Source of the DNA: Acidobacteriota bacterium
Lineage (GTDB): Bacteria > Acidobacteriota > Blastocatellia > RBC074
NCBI GenBank assembly: GCA_040007715.1
Contig: JBDTUN010000311.1
Location: 1-58,632 of the forward strand
Direction: 5' to 3'
Length of the DNA: 58,632 nucleotides
Shown: in pieces, positions 44,144 to 55,055 of the stretch
How positions within the stretch are numbered: the first letter of the stretch is position 1
How the letters are laid out: the number at the start of each line of letters is the position of its first letter
The notes under the pieces: generated by a model
Databases searched by the model: none
The model's input: only the letters and a program-made list of their open reading frames with translations
Told to the model about the DNA's origin: nothing
Program-made: the position numbers and the translations under genes

Positions 44144-45019
44144 TTAAGCGCCGAGCGCCTTCTTGCAATACTCGTAACACCGCTTCACTTCGGCCACGGT
44201 ATCCGCGCCTTTGTATTCGTATTCGATATTGGCGGGAATCTTCCAGCCGCCTTTCTGCAAAGCCGTCAGGGCTTCCTTGATCGGCGTGTCGCCTTCGCCA
44301 AAAGAGACGTTATCTCCCTGATTCTTTTTGCGGTCTTTGATATGCAGCGTGACGATGCGGTCATGATGCTTTTTCAGATAATCCACGGCGTCGAAACCAG
44401 CGGCGGTAAGATGGCCGATGTCCAGATTGATGCAGATGTATTCGGAATTGCCTTCCATCGCTTTGGCGAAATCGTCGGGCGTGGCGAATTCGTTGGGCTT
44501 GATGTTTGAATGGTTGTGCATGCCGACGCGCATCTTGTACTGCTTGGCGTACACGTCAATTCGTTTGGCCGTCGAAACGTTGGACGAGGCGGTAATGCAC
44601 TTTGCGCCAAGCGCCTTGGCTATCTCGAAGCCGCGTTTTATCTCTTCGTCTGTGTAATCGTCCTTGAAGCTGTAGTTATAAGCGTACAGATCAATGCCTG
44701 CCTTCTTGAACTTTTCGGCGGTAAGCGCAAAGAAGCTCAAGGGGGTGGTGATGCGCCACGTGCGCTGGTCTTGGCGATTCAATCCCTTCGGCTCCAAATG
44801 GCCGGCCCACAGCTCGCAACAGCTTAAGCCCGTGTCAGCGTATGCTCGTATCGCTTCATCCAAAGATCGGTCGCGAAAGCTGTAACTTTGCGCGCCCAGT
44901 TGCACGCCTTTGATTTTGGAGTTGAGCTTGTCGGCGGCGGCAATTTCAAACGGTAAAGCAGCGGCAGCCAGACCGCCAAGCGCAAGCTTGTTCCATTCTC
45001 TTCTGGTCAAGTCAGACAT
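44144..45019 (-). CDS. Sugar phosphate isomerase/epimerase (xylose isomerase-like TIM barrel) with a TAT signal
   Basis: Internal ATG at 45019 follows a GAGGAG SD and gives 291 aa starting MSDLTRREWNKLALGGLAAAAL. TIM-barrel blocks are present (VGMHNHS, DIGH). Confidence 0.85.
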   Translation of the reverse strand: MSDLTRREWNKLALGGLAAAALPFEIAAADKLNSKIKGVQLGAQSYSFRDRSLDEAIRAYADTGLSCCELWAGHLEPKGLNRQDQRTWRITTPLSFFALTAEKFKKAGIDLYAYNYSFKDDYTDEEIKRGFEIAKALGAKCITASSNVSTAKRIDVYAKQYKMRVGMHNHSNIKPNEFATPDDFAKAMEGNSEYICINLDIGHLTAAGFDAVDYLKKHHDRIVTLHIKDRKKNQGDNVSFGEGDTPIKEALTALQKGGWKIPANIEYEYKGADTVAEVKRCYEYCKKALGA

Positions 45020-45050
45020 CGGTTTCTCCTCGTTTTTTTTGATGACGGTA

Positions 45051-45129
45051 CAGTACGGGGAGCTTGAGCGACCTGAGATCACTTGACCGCTTATTCGTGA
45101 GGCTCCGGTCGCTCAAGCTCCCCGTACTG
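45051..45129. repeat. 23-bp perfect inverted repeat with a 33-nt spacer in a divergent promoter region
   Basis: CAGTACGGGGAGCTTGAGCGACC (45051-45073) and GGTCGCTCAAGCTCCCCGTACTG (45107-45129). Confidence 0.75.
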
Positions 45130-45289
45130 CAATTGGTAAGGTGTGAAAGCGCGGCGATTGTAGTCGCGGCTGTTTTGCATCACAAGCTCGCGCTACGCAA
45201 GAACGCAACAGTTGTGGTAGTCTCCCCCAACTCTTCAGCGTCCCAATTCGATTTTTTGATTTTGACTTTAGATAGGAGAAGGAGCTTTT

Positions 45290-46279
45290 ATGCTGGCCTT
45301 TGACCCAACGGATACCGTGCGGCTGTGCGTATCCTGCAAACGATGTTACCCGGCGAATCAGCAATTTTGCCGGGACTGTCTGGTTGAGCTGATTCCCATC
45401 GAAACCATCCCGTACACCATCAATTCGCGCTATCAAATGGAGAAGGTGCTGGGGCGTGGCGGAACAGGCATCGTCTTCTGCGCGACCAATCTGGAGTCAG
45501 GCCAGCCAGTAGCGGTCAAAGTCATTCGCGCCAGCGTCATTGCCGACCCGCGCGCGCAGGATCGCTTTCGCCGCGAAGCGCAGCTTGCGCTGCAATTCAA
45601 ACATTCACAAATCAGCGCCGTGCTGGATTTCGGCCTGCTGCAGGACGCCACCGGCTACGTCGTTTCTGAATACGTCAAAGGGCCGTCCTTGCGCGATGAG
45701 ATGAAGCGCGCGGGCAAGTTCGACATTCCAACCGCCGTTGAAATTCTGTCCGCCATCTGCGAAGCGATGGACGCTTCGCACAAAGCCGGCCTGGTGCATC
45801 GCGATCTGAAGCCCGAATGCGTAATCCTGAATCCTCCCACCCAAACGCCGACAGGCACGTTAAATTCCGGCATTTCGCTGGTCGGCTTCAGCTTCACCAA
45901 ATTTGCGACCGGCAAACAGTTCGTGCCCGGCACCACCAGCAAGCTGCAAGGATTGGGACAATTGCCGCTGCGCCCAACCTATCTAAGCCCGGAGCAGTTT
46001 CGCGGAGAAGAGGCCGATCTGCGGTCAGACATCTACAGCATCGGCGTCATCGCGTATGAAATGCTGGCAGGCCAGCCGCCGTTTATGGCCAAGCGGGTAG
46101 GCGAATTCGGCGTCAAGCTGCTTAATGCGCGGCCACAGTCGCTGCGCCAGCTCAACCCCGACGTGAACATCGTCATCGAAGCCGAGATTCTGCGCGCGCT
46201 GGAAAAAGACCCTCTCAACCGCCAGCAACGCGCCCTGGAATTCAAACGCGAACTGGTCAACGCCGCGAATCTGAGTTGA
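45290..46279 (+). CDS. Ser/Thr protein kinase-like protein with an N-terminal zinc ribbon; predicted pseudokinase
   Basis: 329 aa with an AGGAGAAGGAG SD. It has CVSCKRC...CRDC, the G-loop LGRGGTG, VAVK, HRDLKPECV (the Asn of HRDLKPxN is Cys), LVGFSF in place of DFG, and SPE. Confidence 0.85.
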   Translation: MLAFDPTDTVRLCVSCKRCYPANQQFCRDCLVELIPIETIPYTINSRYQMEKVLGRGGTGIVFCATNLESGQPVAVKVIRASVIADPRAQDRFRREAQLALQFKHSQISAVLDFGLLQDATGYVVSEYVKGPSLRDEMKRAGKFDIPTAVEILSAICEAMDASHKAGLVHRDLKPECVILNPPTQTPTGTLNSGISLVGFSFTKFATGKQFVPGTTSKLQGLGQLPLRPTYLSPEQFRGEEADLRSDIYSIGVIAYEMLAGQPPFMAKRVGEFGVKLLNARPQSLRQLNPDVNIVIEAEILRALEKDPLNRQQRALEFKRELVNAANLS

Positions 46280-46400
46280 GCAAAGTCAGGAAGCCATTAT
46301 TGTCTCGTCATCTCTGAAGAACCTGGTTGACGTATGCGGCTCGCCGCAGGAATGAGACGTTATCGTATTCGGCATTTTCGTATTTAGTGCTCACTGGTTT

Positions 46401-47624
46401 TTACAGTCTTTCGGGCCTTTGCCCGCCGACGATCAAATAACCCAGACGGACGTGATGGCCTGAAGCTTTCGCATTCTTTTCGCCGGTGACGCGGACGGTC
46501 AGTTTGTGTTCGCCGGTGGAAAGCCCGCTGATGATGCGCGCGGAGAGTTGCGTAGAGCTGCTGTAGCCGTCAATTTTGCCAAGCGGCGCGGGCGCGGGCT
46601 TGCCGTCAATCAGGCATTCGATGATTCCGGCGTCCTGGCCTGAGCGAAAGGTGATGCCGACAACGGTTCCTTCAAAATAAAACTCCACCTGCGAATTGGC
46701 CTTGTCGCTGGACATCAATGCCGATGGCATTGCGCGGTCGTTGCTTGGTTCGGCCTTCCAGTTGGTTTCCTGGCCCTTGATCGGCTTGATCTCGGCAAAG
46801 GCTTTGAACTCGCCGTAATTCATCTCGTCGCTGATGAGCGGGGCAGGGAGTGTTCGGGCGAATGGCGAGGATTCCAGTTTTTCCTGCTCGGCCAGAAAAG
46901 CTGTGATCAGATCGGCGTAGATTTTATGCCCGGCATCTGTCGGATTGGCGCCGTCTTTCGATAACACGGCAGCAGTCGTTTTTCCGCCCTCGATCATCGC
47001 CAACGTTTTCTCTTGCAGGTTGACCGCCGGAACCTGGTAATGCGCGGCCAGTATGTCGTGCAATTCGATTCGCGCGGTCTGTCTGGCGGCTGGCGCGTAA
47101 AGCATGACGACTTCGGGCGGCTGCGGCAGAATCAGCAACTGGCGCAGCAATCCTTCAACGGCTTTTTTGACCATTGCCTCTTCATCGTTCGCATCGCTGG
47201 CGGCGAATTCGACGAAGACCAGATCGGGCTTTTGCGCAATCACGTCGCGGCGAGCGCGCATTGTGCCGTAAAGCGAGCCGGTGGTTGGCAGTGCGGCGTT
47301 GATCTCGGTGATTTCAACTTTCGGGAAACGCTGCCGCAGCCAAGAGGTGACCAGCGGGCGATAAGCCGTCTTCTCGCTGTTGCTTGCGCCCAGCCCGGCG
47401 GTCGCTGGCCCACCGATGTAAGCAACGGTAACCGGACGCGCAGCGCGCAGCTTGTCGAAAAAGCGCCCGATGTTGCGGCGAGGTTTCGGCGTGCTGCTGG
47501 TAATTTGCTGGTTGGGAGCGGTGATGGTGAATTGCTGTTTTTCGCGGACTTGCGCATCTTGCGGCGGCTGGCCCGGCGAAAAGGCGAATGGCAGCAGAAG
47601 AAAGGAGAAAATGTATTTAAGCAT
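46401..47624 (-). CDS. SGNH/GDSL-like hydrolase family protein with a C-terminal beta-sandwich-like domain
   Basis: Internal ATG at 47624 gives 407 aa with a signal peptide. Block III-like FAASDAND and block V-like DAGH are present. The block I serine is not obvious (IGGPATAG). Confidence 0.55.
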   Translation of the reverse strand: MLKYIFSFLLLPFAFSPGQPPQDAQVREKQQFTITAPNQQITSSTPKPRRNIGRFFDKLRAARPVTVAYIGGPATAGLGASNSEKTAYRPLVTSWLRQRFPKVEITEINAALPTTGSLYGTMRARRDVIAQKPDLVFVEFAASDANDEEAMVKKAVEGLLRQLLILPQPPEVVMLYAPAARQTARIELHDILAAHYQVPAVNLQEKTLAMIEGGKTTAAVLSKDGANPTDAGHKIYADLITAFLAEQEKLESSPFARTLPAPLISDEMNYGEFKAFAEIKPIKGQETNWKAEPSNDRAMPSALMSSDKANSQVEFYFEGTVVGITFRSGQDAGIIECLIDGKPAPAPLGKIDGYSSSTQLSARIISGLSTGEHKLTVRVTGEKNAKASGHHVRLGYLIVGGQRPERL

Positions 47625-47638
47625 AGGTCGGTGTTTGT

Positions 47639-47702
47639 GGTTGGTGGTCAGTGGCCAATAGTTGACTTGTTGATGGTCTGAAGCGGCCACTGACCACTAA
47701 CC
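47639..47702. repeat. Imperfect inverted repeat between the capD-like stop and the SGNH gene start
   Basis: GGTTGGTGGTCAGTGGCC (47639-47656) pairs with GGCCACTGACCACTAACC (47685-47702) at 17 of 18 positions, around a 28-nt loop. Confidence 0.5.
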
Positions 47703-47703
47703 G

Positions 47704-49755
47704 CTAACCACCCGCCGCTGCTTTCATCTCCGCAATCTCCTTTGGCTCTTTCGGCTTCCATTGCGTAGGGCGGAAACCGATGCCCATTGCGGAGAAGGTT
47801 CCGTAGATCGCTTCTTCATCGCCTGCCTCGGCAGCGGCGGTCAATCGGGCGACCCATTCATCTAGCCGGGCGAAATCATACTGCAAAGGCGGCGCAACGA
47901 AAATCTTTTCGTACAAAGTCGTTTCCGCGCCCTCTTCGGCGATCAGCAACTCTTCCTTCATCTTTTCGCCGGGACGCAGGCCGGTGAATTCAATGTCCAC
48001 GTCTTCGCCGACGGTCAAGCCTGACAGACGAATCATATCTTTCGCAAGCTCGACGACCTTCACCGGCTCGCCCATATCCAGCAGGAAGATTTCGCCGCGC
48101 TGGCCCAGCGCTCCGGCTTGAATGATTAACTGCGCGGCTTCCGGGATGGTCATGAAATACCGCTCGACATCCGGATGCGTGATGGTGACGGGGCCGCCGT
48201 TTTTGATCTGTTCGCGGAAGATCGGCACAACGCTGCCGCGGCTGCCCAGCACGTTACCGAAGCGCACGCACGAATAATGCCTGCCGCCGTTGAGCTTGAT
48301 AGCCTGCGATTGAAACATCAATTCCGAAACGCGTTTGGTCGCACCCATGATGTTGGTCGGATTGACGGCCTTGTCTGTCGAAACCATGACACAGCGTTCG
48401 ACGTTGAATTCCGCCGCGCATTCCAACAGTCGCTGCGTTCCCGCGACGTTGTTGTAGATGGCTTCGGCGACGTTGCTTTCCATCAGCGGCACGTGTTTGT
48501 GCGCGGCGGCGTGCAAAACGACTTGCGGCTGATGTTTGGCGAAGACCTGGCGCATTCGCGTCATCACGCGCAGATCGCAGATGCAGGGAACGATCTCGAT
48601 GTTTTTGTTCTGGCCTTGCTGAACCGCCGCGTGCAATTCGCGTTCAGCTTCAAACACGGAGTTTTCGTCCTTGTCCAGCAGGATGATCGTTGTTGGATTG
48701 AGAGTGGCAATCTGGCGGCACAGTTCGCGTCCAATCGAACCACCCGCGCCGGTAATCAGCACGCGCTTGCCGGTGTAAGAACCCTGGCTGGCTTTGAGCC
48801 AGGCTTCGACATCAATCGTATCGCGCCCCAGCAGGTCTTCGATCTCGACCGCGCGAACGTTGCTGACGGTGACGTGATTGCCCAGGATTTCATACAAACC
48901 GGGAATGATCTTGACCGGCGCTTTGGCTTCTTCGCACAAATCCAGAATGCGGCGGACGGTTTTGCGGCGGGCGTTGGCCATGGTGATGATGACCTGGTCA
49001 ACGTTGTGCTGGCGGACGATTTCAGGCAGCGACGAAGTCGTGCCGAGCACGGAGATGCCTTGAATGACGGTGTTCAGTTTGCTGGCGTCGTCATCCAGAA
49101 AGCCGCAAACGTGAAAGCCCAGATCGCGGCGGCGAGTAATCTCGCGCGCGGTCATGATTCCCGCGTCGCCCGCGCCCACCAGCAGCGTGCGATGCCTGAT
49201 GCCTTTGGCCTGCACCTTTGCGCGCGCGGCGTTTTCGCACACCACACGCCACAGCAATCGTGCGCCCAGCATTCCCACGGATGCCAGTAAAAACTTGATA
49301 ACGATGATGCCGATCGGGAACGCCCACATGCTTTCGCTGTTCGCCACCACCAAACGCAGCACCAGCATGGTTACGGAGATTGCGCCGACCGAGCAGGTCA
49401 GATGAACTGCGTCCGGGATGCTGACGTAACGCCAGATGCGCCGGTACAGCCCCATCAGGTTGTTCATAATCAGATGGAGCATGACCACATAAGGCAGCGC
49501 CAGAATCATGCGCTGCCCCGCCACGGTGGGCGGCCATCCGTCGAAGCGCAATACGTGCGCCAGCACGAAAGACACCAGCACGATAACAGCGTCCAGCGCC
49601 ATCTGCGTGCTGCGGCTGAGCATGTAATTCTGAACCCAGGGTTTCATCACGATCTTCGGCAGCATCGAATTTACCCGCTGATAGAAGGCCGGCTTCGCGT
49701 TGGGCGCAAAGACCGGTTCATTGGATTGCGAAAGGAACTGCTTGCTCGAATTCAT
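47704..49755 (-). CDS. Polysaccharide biosynthesis protein CapD/PglF/WbpM type (membrane-bound NDP-sugar 4,6-dehydratase)
   Basis: 683 aa with N-terminal TM segments, two Rossmann motifs ([18 protein letters not shown]) and catalytic-domain blocks ([17 protein letters not shown]). Confidence 0.9.
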   Translation of the reverse strand: MNSSKQFLSQSNEPVFAPNAKPAFYQRVNSMLPKIVMKPWVQNYMLSRSTQMALDAVIVLVSFVLAHVLRFDGWPPTVAGQRMILALPYVVMLHLIMNNLMGLYRRIWRYVSIPDAVHLTCSVGAISVTMLVLRLVVANSESMWAFPIGIIVIKFLLASVGMLGARLLWRVVCENAARAKVQAKGIRHRTLLVGAGDAGIMTAREITRRRDLGFHVCGFLDDDASKLNTVIQGISVLGTTSSLPEIVRQHNVDQVIITMANARRKTVRRILDLCEEAKAPVKIIPGLYEILGNHVTVSNVRAVEIEDLLGRDTIDVEAWLKASQGSYTGKRVLITGAGGSIGRELCRQIATLNPTTIILLDKDENSVFEAERELHAAVQQGQNKNIEIVPCICDLRVMTRMRQVFAKHQPQVVLHAAAHKHVPLMESNVAEAIYNNVAGTQRLLECAAEFNVERCVMVSTDKAVNPTNIMGATKRVSELMFQSQAIKLNGGRHYSCVRFGNVLGSRGSVVPIFREQIKNGGPVTITHPDVERYFMTIPEAAQLIIQAGALGQRGEIFLLDMGEPVKVVELAKDMIRLSGLTVGEDVDIEFTGLRPGEKMKEELLIAEEGAETTLYEKIFVAPPLQYDFARLDEWVARLTAAAEAGDEEAIYGTFSAMGIGFRPTQWKPKEPKEIAEMKAAAGG

Positions 49756-49944
49756 TCGATATATCTTTCATCGGCTCTGCTGAGCCATATGGAAGCCAGG
49801 CAAGACAAAAATTCGTGAGGCGATGGGGTAGGCAACGCCGCGAATCTTACTTGACGACATGGAAGACTGGCAACCGATGGCCGGTCGCTGGCGAAAGAAA
49901 ACTTCTTAACCAGTCACCGGCCCACCGCCGCCAATCGCAAATTT

Positions 49945-50595
49945 TCAATTGAGAAGTCGCACGACTGTCCGGGCGATCACAGCGCAATCGCTCCGGATGG
50001 TCGCCTGACGCGAATAAAGGAGGTCTTTGCCAATCTTTGCCGGCATCAGTTCAGTGCGATAGAAGTTTTCGGGGTCTGGCTGTTGCGCAAGGATTTCGTT
50101 TTCGTTACTGAAGGCAATGGATGCAGGGCTGGTGATGCCCGGACGATAGGCCAGAATCTGTCGCTGCTCGTCGTTGTAAAGCGCGACATAGCGCGGCACT
50201 TCGGGCCGTGGGCCGACGATGCCCATTTCGCCTTTCAGCACGTTCAGCAATTGTGGAAGTTCGTCGAACCGGTACTTGCGCAGAAAATGGCCGCAGCGCG
50301 TGATGCGCGGATCGCGCCCGATGGTGATCTGAGTCCCGCGCTGTTCGGCGTCCACCACCATTGTGCGGAATTTGAAGATGCGAAAAGGAAGCCCGCCGCG
50401 CCCAATACGCTCTTGCAGAAAGAAGACCGGGCCGCGCGAATCAAGCTTGATCCAAATGGCAATGATGGCGAAGACCGGCAACAGCACAATCGTTGCCGGA
50501 AGCGCAATCAGCAAATCCAACGCCCGACGCGCGCGCGACGAACCGGATTCAATCACCTGATCTGCCAAATCGAATTTTGATGTTGCAGTGACCAT
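49945..50595 (-). CDS. Sugar phosphotransferase (PglC/WbaP C-terminal type, bacterial sugar transferase family)
   Basis: Internal ATG at 50595 gives 216 aa. It shows [19 protein letters not shown]...[11 protein letters not shown]...FKFRTM...[22 protein letters not shown]. Confidence 0.85.
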   Translation of the reverse strand: MVTATSKFDLADQVIESGSSRARRALDLLIALPATIVLLPVFAIIAIWIKLDSRGPVFFLQERIGRGGLPFRIFKFRTMVVDAEQRGTQITIGRDPRITRCGHFLRKYRFDELPQLLNVLKGEMGIVGPRPEVPRYVALYNDEQRQILAYRPGITSPASIAFSNENEILAQQPDPENFYRTELMPAKIGKDLLYSRQATIRSDCAVIARTVVRLLN

Positions 50596-50635
50596 TGTTT
50601 TGCACAGTGCCGCAAACGTTATTGGCGGTACTGTA

Positions 50636-51850
50636 TCAGGCTGCGAAAGAACCAGCCGCCATCTCCAATTCGGCAGGCTCTTCTGACCGGGCTTGATAAC
50701 CTCTGAGAACATCTTTGACGGCTTCGATGACGCGCGTTTGATCGTCATCGGTCATACGGGTGTAGAGCGGCAAACTGACCGCGCGTTCGTAGGCCAGCCA
50801 AGCCGCCGGGAAATCATGCGGCTGCAGGTCGTAAGCTTTCTGCCAATACGGATGCAGGTGCAGCGGGATGAAATGGACGCTGCATCCGATGCCGCGCGCG
50901 TACATTTGCTGAATGAAGTCTTCACGATTGATCTGTGCCGAATCGTCCAGCCGGATCGCATATAGATGCCAGGCATGAAGATCGCCGTCTTGCGGCTGCG
51001 GCGGCAACACCACCGGCAGGCCAGCCAATTCGGCGTTGTACCGTTCAGCCATCTCCTGCCGCCGCCGCTGGAATGCCCATGCCTTTTTCAACTGCTGCAA
51101 TCCGATGGAAGAAGCGATGTCGGTCAGGTTGTATTTGAAGCCCGGCGCAATGACTTCGTAATGCCACCCCGGTTTGGTCGAAGTGTAGCGGTCAAACGCA
51201 TCGCGGCTGATGCCGTGCAGCCGCATGATGCGGCAGCGTTCGGCGATGCTGTCGTCGCGCGTGACGATCATTCCGCCTTCGCCGGTCGTGATCGTTTTGG
51301 TTGCGTAAAAGCTGAAGACCGTGGCGTCAGTGTCGAGCGCGCCAATCAGTTGTCCGCCGTAAGTCGCCGGCAGCGCATGCGCCGCGTCTTCAACGATTTT
51401 CAATCCGTACTTGCGAGCAATCTCGATGATCGGTTCCATCTCGCACGGCAGACCGGCGAAATGGACCGGAATGATGGCTTTGGTACGCGGCGTAATTGCG
51501 CGTTCGATCTTTTTGGGATCAAGGTTGAAGGTGCGCGGATCAATGTCCACGAAGATCGGGTCAGCGCCCAGATGGCGAACGACGCCTGCGGTGGCGGTGA
51601 ATGTGTAAGGTGTGGTGATTACTTCGTCGCCCGGCCCTATGCCAAAGGCCTCGAGCACCAGATGCAAGCCTGCGGTGGCGGAGTTGACTGCCAGCGCCTG
51701 CACGCCGGCACCGATGAAGCCTGCAAATTCACGTTCGAATCGTTGCGTCTTCGGCCCGGTAGTCAGCCATCCCGAACGTAGAGAATCAACAACCTCGGCT
51801 ATTTCCTCTTCTCCAATGTCGGGAAGAGCAAAAGGAATAAAGTTCATCAT
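50636..51850 (-). CDS. DegT/DnrJ/EryC1/StrS family aminotransferase (PglE-like)
   Basis: 404 aa. It shows [13 protein letters not shown]...SGWLTTGPK and a PLP-lysine region ([15 protein letters not shown]). Confidence 0.9.
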   Translation of the reverse strand: MMNFIPFALPDIGEEEIAEVVDSLRSGWLTTGPKTQRFEREFAGFIGAGVQALAVNSATAGLHLVLEAFGIGPGDEVITTPYTFTATAGVVRHLGADPIFVDIDPRTFNLDPKKIERAITPRTKAIIPVHFAGLPCEMEPIIEIARKYGLKIVEDAAHALPATYGGQLIGALDTDATVFSFYATKTITTGEGGMIVTRDDSIAERCRIMRLHGISRDAFDRYTSTKPGWHYEVIAPGFKYNLTDIASSIGLQQLKKAWAFQRRRQEMAERYNAELAGLPVVLPPQPQDGDLHAWHLYAIRLDDSAQINREDFIQQMYARGIGCSVHFIPLHLHPYWQKAYDLQPHDFPAAWLAYERAVSLPLYTRMTDDDQTRVIEAVKDVLRGYQARSEEPAELEMAAGSFAA

Positions 51851-52219
51851 AACGGTGTCAAAGTAACGAAAGCTCTGCTTTCAAAGGTGGGGTCGAGGCG
51901 GGATGCATTGCTTTTTACGGGGCTACAAGTCTGGCTAAGTTGCATCAACTTGGCGGGCGTGAATAAACCACACATTAGAACTGGAAATCAAGCGAATTAT
52001 TTGTCCGGGCTAAGTCACTCGCAGCTTTACAGAGATAGTACAGCCGTAAAATCCTCTTCCGGTTTCATCAATCACCTTGCCAGCCTGTCGCCGATGACGC
52101 ACACTCTTCGCCATCCGCGCGAAACCGAAGTACACAATATTCAGACAATCTCCGATTCGGCTTATAACGATGTTACACCCAACCCAAAGCCGCACGGTTA
52201 TTCTCCGGGAGAGAACATA

Positions 52220-55009
52220 ATGGAATACGACCCCCTAGACGATGAGTTTGAAGCTGCTCAGCCCGAGCGTCGAAGCTATAAACGCCCGCGCTGGCTGATC
52301 CTTCTTCCCATCTTGATTCTTGTCCTGTTTCTTTGGCCAAGCTGGGTTGGCTTTTACACTGAATGGCTGTGGTTTCGGGAACTGGGTTATCAGCGGGTTT
52401 TTTCGACCACGCTGATAACTAAATTAGGGCTTGGCTTGGTTACAGTTCTGATTGTCACAGTGCTGGCGTGGCTTAATTTCAAACTGGCTTTGTGGTTGAG
52501 CAGTGCCAATGCCCGAATCGTGCGCTACATCACCGTCAACAAAGAAAGAGTTCCTCTGCCGGACATTGCGCGATTTATCGAACGATGGGTGCTGCCCATC
52601 TCGCTGCTGATCGGCATCTTTTTCGGATTCAGCATCTGGGAATCGTGGGAAGTGATTCTGCAATATCGTTACCAGGTTCCGTTTGCCGAAACCGACCCGG
52701 TTTTTGGCCGGAACATCGCTTTCTACTTCTTTACCTTGCCGCTGCTTGAACTGGTTTCGCAATTGCTTTTTCTGTTCGTGATTGTTTGTTTGATTGGCGC
52801 GGGCGCACTTTACGTTTTGCGCGGCGGGATCAGCGTGGGCGGCAATGCGCCCCTGATTGAGCGCGCGCCGCGCAAGCATCTGCTGGGATTGGTCGCTGCC
52901 TTCTTTCTGGTAATTGCCTGGCGAGCCTATCTGGAAATGCCGAACCTGCTGTTTTCAAGCAATGGCCCCGTGGCGGGTGCAAGCTACACGGATATTGCAG
53001 CGCGGCTGCCGCTGCTGTGGGTGGAAGTGGGAGCGGCCTTGCTGGTTGCTGCACTGGTGATTGCCACAATGTTCAGTTCGGGAATCCGGTTGTTGTTGGC
53101 CGGGCTTGCCGTTTACGCGCTGGCGCTGGCGGCTGGATGGGTGTATCCGTCGTTCGTGCAGCGGTTTTCAGTCGCGCCAAACGAACTGGTCAAAGAGACG
53201 CCTTACATCCTGAATAACATTCAGGCCACGCGCAAAGCGTTTGCACTCGATCAGGTTGAAGAACGCGAACTGGCCGGCAACGTGGAACTGACGTTACAGG
53301 ACATTCAGGAAAACAAACCTACAATCAACAATATCCGGCTGTGGGATCGTCAGCCGCTGCTAGATACCTTCGCGCAGATTCAGGAGATTCGCACCTACTA
53401 CCAGTTTGAATCAGTGGACAACGATCGTTACCGGATCGGCGGCGAATTGCGCCAGACGATGATTTCGCCGCGCGAACTTGCCGTCGAGAGTCTGCCAAAT
53501 CGCAATTGGATCAACGAACACCTGACATTTACGCACGGCTTCGGCCTGACGCTTGGGCCGGTCAATCAAATAACGCCCGAAGGTTTGCCGGTATTGTTCA
53601 TCAAAGACCTGCCGCCAGTTTCCACCGCGCCCGAATTGAAAGTTACTCGGCCTGAAATCTACTTCGGCGAATTGTCGAATGATCCTGTCTACGTTAAGAC
53701 GGCCACCAAAGAGTTCGATTATCCTTCCGGCGAAGAGAATGTTTCTACAAGTTACGAAGGCGATGGCGGCGTCCCACTCGGTTCTTACTGGCGCAAGCTG
53801 ATGTTCGCCACCCGATTCGGGGACATGAAACTGCTGCTTTCAAACGACGTTTCCGCCGAAAGCCGCGTGCTTTACCATCGCAACATCCTTGACCGGTTAA
53901 AGCGCGTCGCGCCGTTTTTGCGATTCGATCAAGACCCTTACATGGTGATTTCGGAAGGCAGGCTGTTCTGGATTGCCGATGCCTACACCATCAGTAACCG
54001 CTATCCGTATGCGGAAAACTTCGGCGGCATCAACTACATCCGCAATTCTGTCAAAGCCATTGTTGACGCCTATCACGGGACAGTGCGCCTTTACATCGCG
54101 GACGAAAGCGATCCGTTGATCCAGACCTGGGCGCGAATCTTTCCCGGCACTCTGCGCCCGCTGACCGAATTATCCGATGATCTGAAAGCGCATCTTGCTT
54201 ACCCGAAAGACATCTTCACACTTCAGACGGCGGTCTATGCGACGTATCACATGGATCAGCCGCAGGTCTTTTACAACAAGGAAGATCAATGGGAAGGCGT
54301 GGCGGTTGCGGCAGATCAGAAAGAGCCTCAGATGATGGAGCCTTACCACAACATCATGAAATTGCCCGGCGAACAGAAAGAGGAGTACATCCTGATGCTC
54401 CCGTTCACTCCGCGCAGCAAGGACAATCTGGCGTCGTGGATGGTGGCGCGCTCTGACGGAGACAGCTATGGCCGGTTGCGCGTCTATCGTTTCCCCAAAC
54501 AGAAACTGGTGTACGGCCCGAAACAGATCAGAGCGCGTATCAACCAGGACGCTGAAATTTCGCGTCAGACTTCGCTATGGAACCAGCGAGGCTCGCAGGT
54601 CCAGTTCGGCACGCTGCTGGTGATACCGATTAAGGAATCGCTGCTTTACGTCCAGCCGCTTTATCTGCGCGCTGAATCCGGCAAGATTCCCGAACTCAAG
54701 CGCGTCATCGTCGTCGCCGAAAACAAAATCGCGATGGAAGAGACGCTCGAAGCCAGCCTGGCCCGCATCTTCGGCAGCGGCACGCCTGCCAAACAGACGC
54801 CAACCGGAGAGACGCTGGCATCCGCTTCTGCTCAACCGGGTACGCCGCCCGCTGCGCCAGCCAGTTCAGATGCGCAAGGGTTGGCCGCGCAAGCCAAACA
54901 GCATTACGACCGCGCCATCCAGGCACAGCGCGATGGCGACTGGGCGCGTTACGGCGACGAGATTAAACGGCTGGGCTTGGTGATCGAACAGATGTCGAAA
55001 CAGAAGTAA
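52220..55009 (+). CDS. UPF0182 family membrane protein
   Basis: Internal ATG at 52220 gives 929 aa. The N-terminus ...[13 protein letters not shown]... is followed by about 7 TM segments and a large soluble domain. I judge the 111-codon N-terminal extension in the track to be spurious. Confidence 0.85.
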   Translation: MEYDPLDDEFEAAQPERRSYKRPRWLILLPILILVLFLWPSWVGFYTEWLWFRELGYQRVFSTTLITKLGLGLVTVLIVTVLAWLNFKLALWLSSANARIVRYITVNKERVPLPDIARFIERWVLPISLLIGIFFGFSIWESWEVILQYRYQVPFAETDPVFGRNIAFYFFTLPLLELVSQLLFLFVIVCLIGAGALYVLRGGISVGGNAPLIERAPRKHLLGLVAAFFLVIAWRAYLEMPNLLFSSNGPVAGASYTDIAARLPLLWVEVGAALLVAALVIATMFSSGIRLLLAGLAVYALALAAGWVYPSFVQRFSVAPNELVKETPYILNNIQATRKAFALDQVEERELAGNVELTLQDIQENKPTINNIRLWDRQPLLDTFAQIQEIRTYYQFESVDNDRYRIGGELRQTMISPRELAVESLPNRNWINEHLTFTHGFGLTLGPVNQITPEGLPVLFIKDLPPVSTAPELKVTRPEIYFGELSNDPVYVKTATKEFDYPSGEENVSTSYEGDGGVPLGSYWRKLMFATRFGDMKLLLSNDVSAESRVLYHRNILDRLKRVAPFLRFDQDPYMVISEGRLFWIADAYTISNRYPYAENFGGINYIRNSVKAIVDAYHGTVRLYIADESDPLIQTWARIFPGTLRPLTELSDDLKAHLAYPKDIFTLQTAVYATYHMDQPQVFYNKEDQWEGVAVAADQKEPQMMEPYHNIMKLPGEQKEEYILMLPFTPRSKDNLASWMVARSDGDSYGRLRVYRFPKQKLVYGPKQIRARINQDAEISRQTSLWNQRGSQVQFGTLLVIPIKESLLYVQPLYLRAESGKIPELKRVIVVAENKIAMEETLEASLARIFGSGTPAKQTPTGETLASASAQPGTPPAAPASSDAQGLAAQAKQHYDRAIQAQRDGDWARYGDEIKRLGLVIEQMSKQK

Positions 55010-55055
55010 GTCTGATGATTGTCTCGACTACGGCTTCTGACTTTTGAATATTCGA

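Noticed and set aside
48175-49290. A 371-aa plus-strand ORF inside the capD/pglF-like gene
   Set aside because: It is antisense to a gene with Rossmann and dehydratase motifs, and its composition is typical of a shadow frame. The same applies to 1930..2904, 24085..24786, 37423..38222 and 50966..51781.
51887-52219. A 111-codon N-terminal extension of the UPF0182 ORF, and similar 5' extensions at 20002, 25475, 28447, 17081, 38543..39622 and 40314..41765
   Set aside because: The extensions begin with non-ATG or poorly placed starts, lack an SD and have odd composition. In each case an internal ATG has an SD and the family-typical N-terminus.
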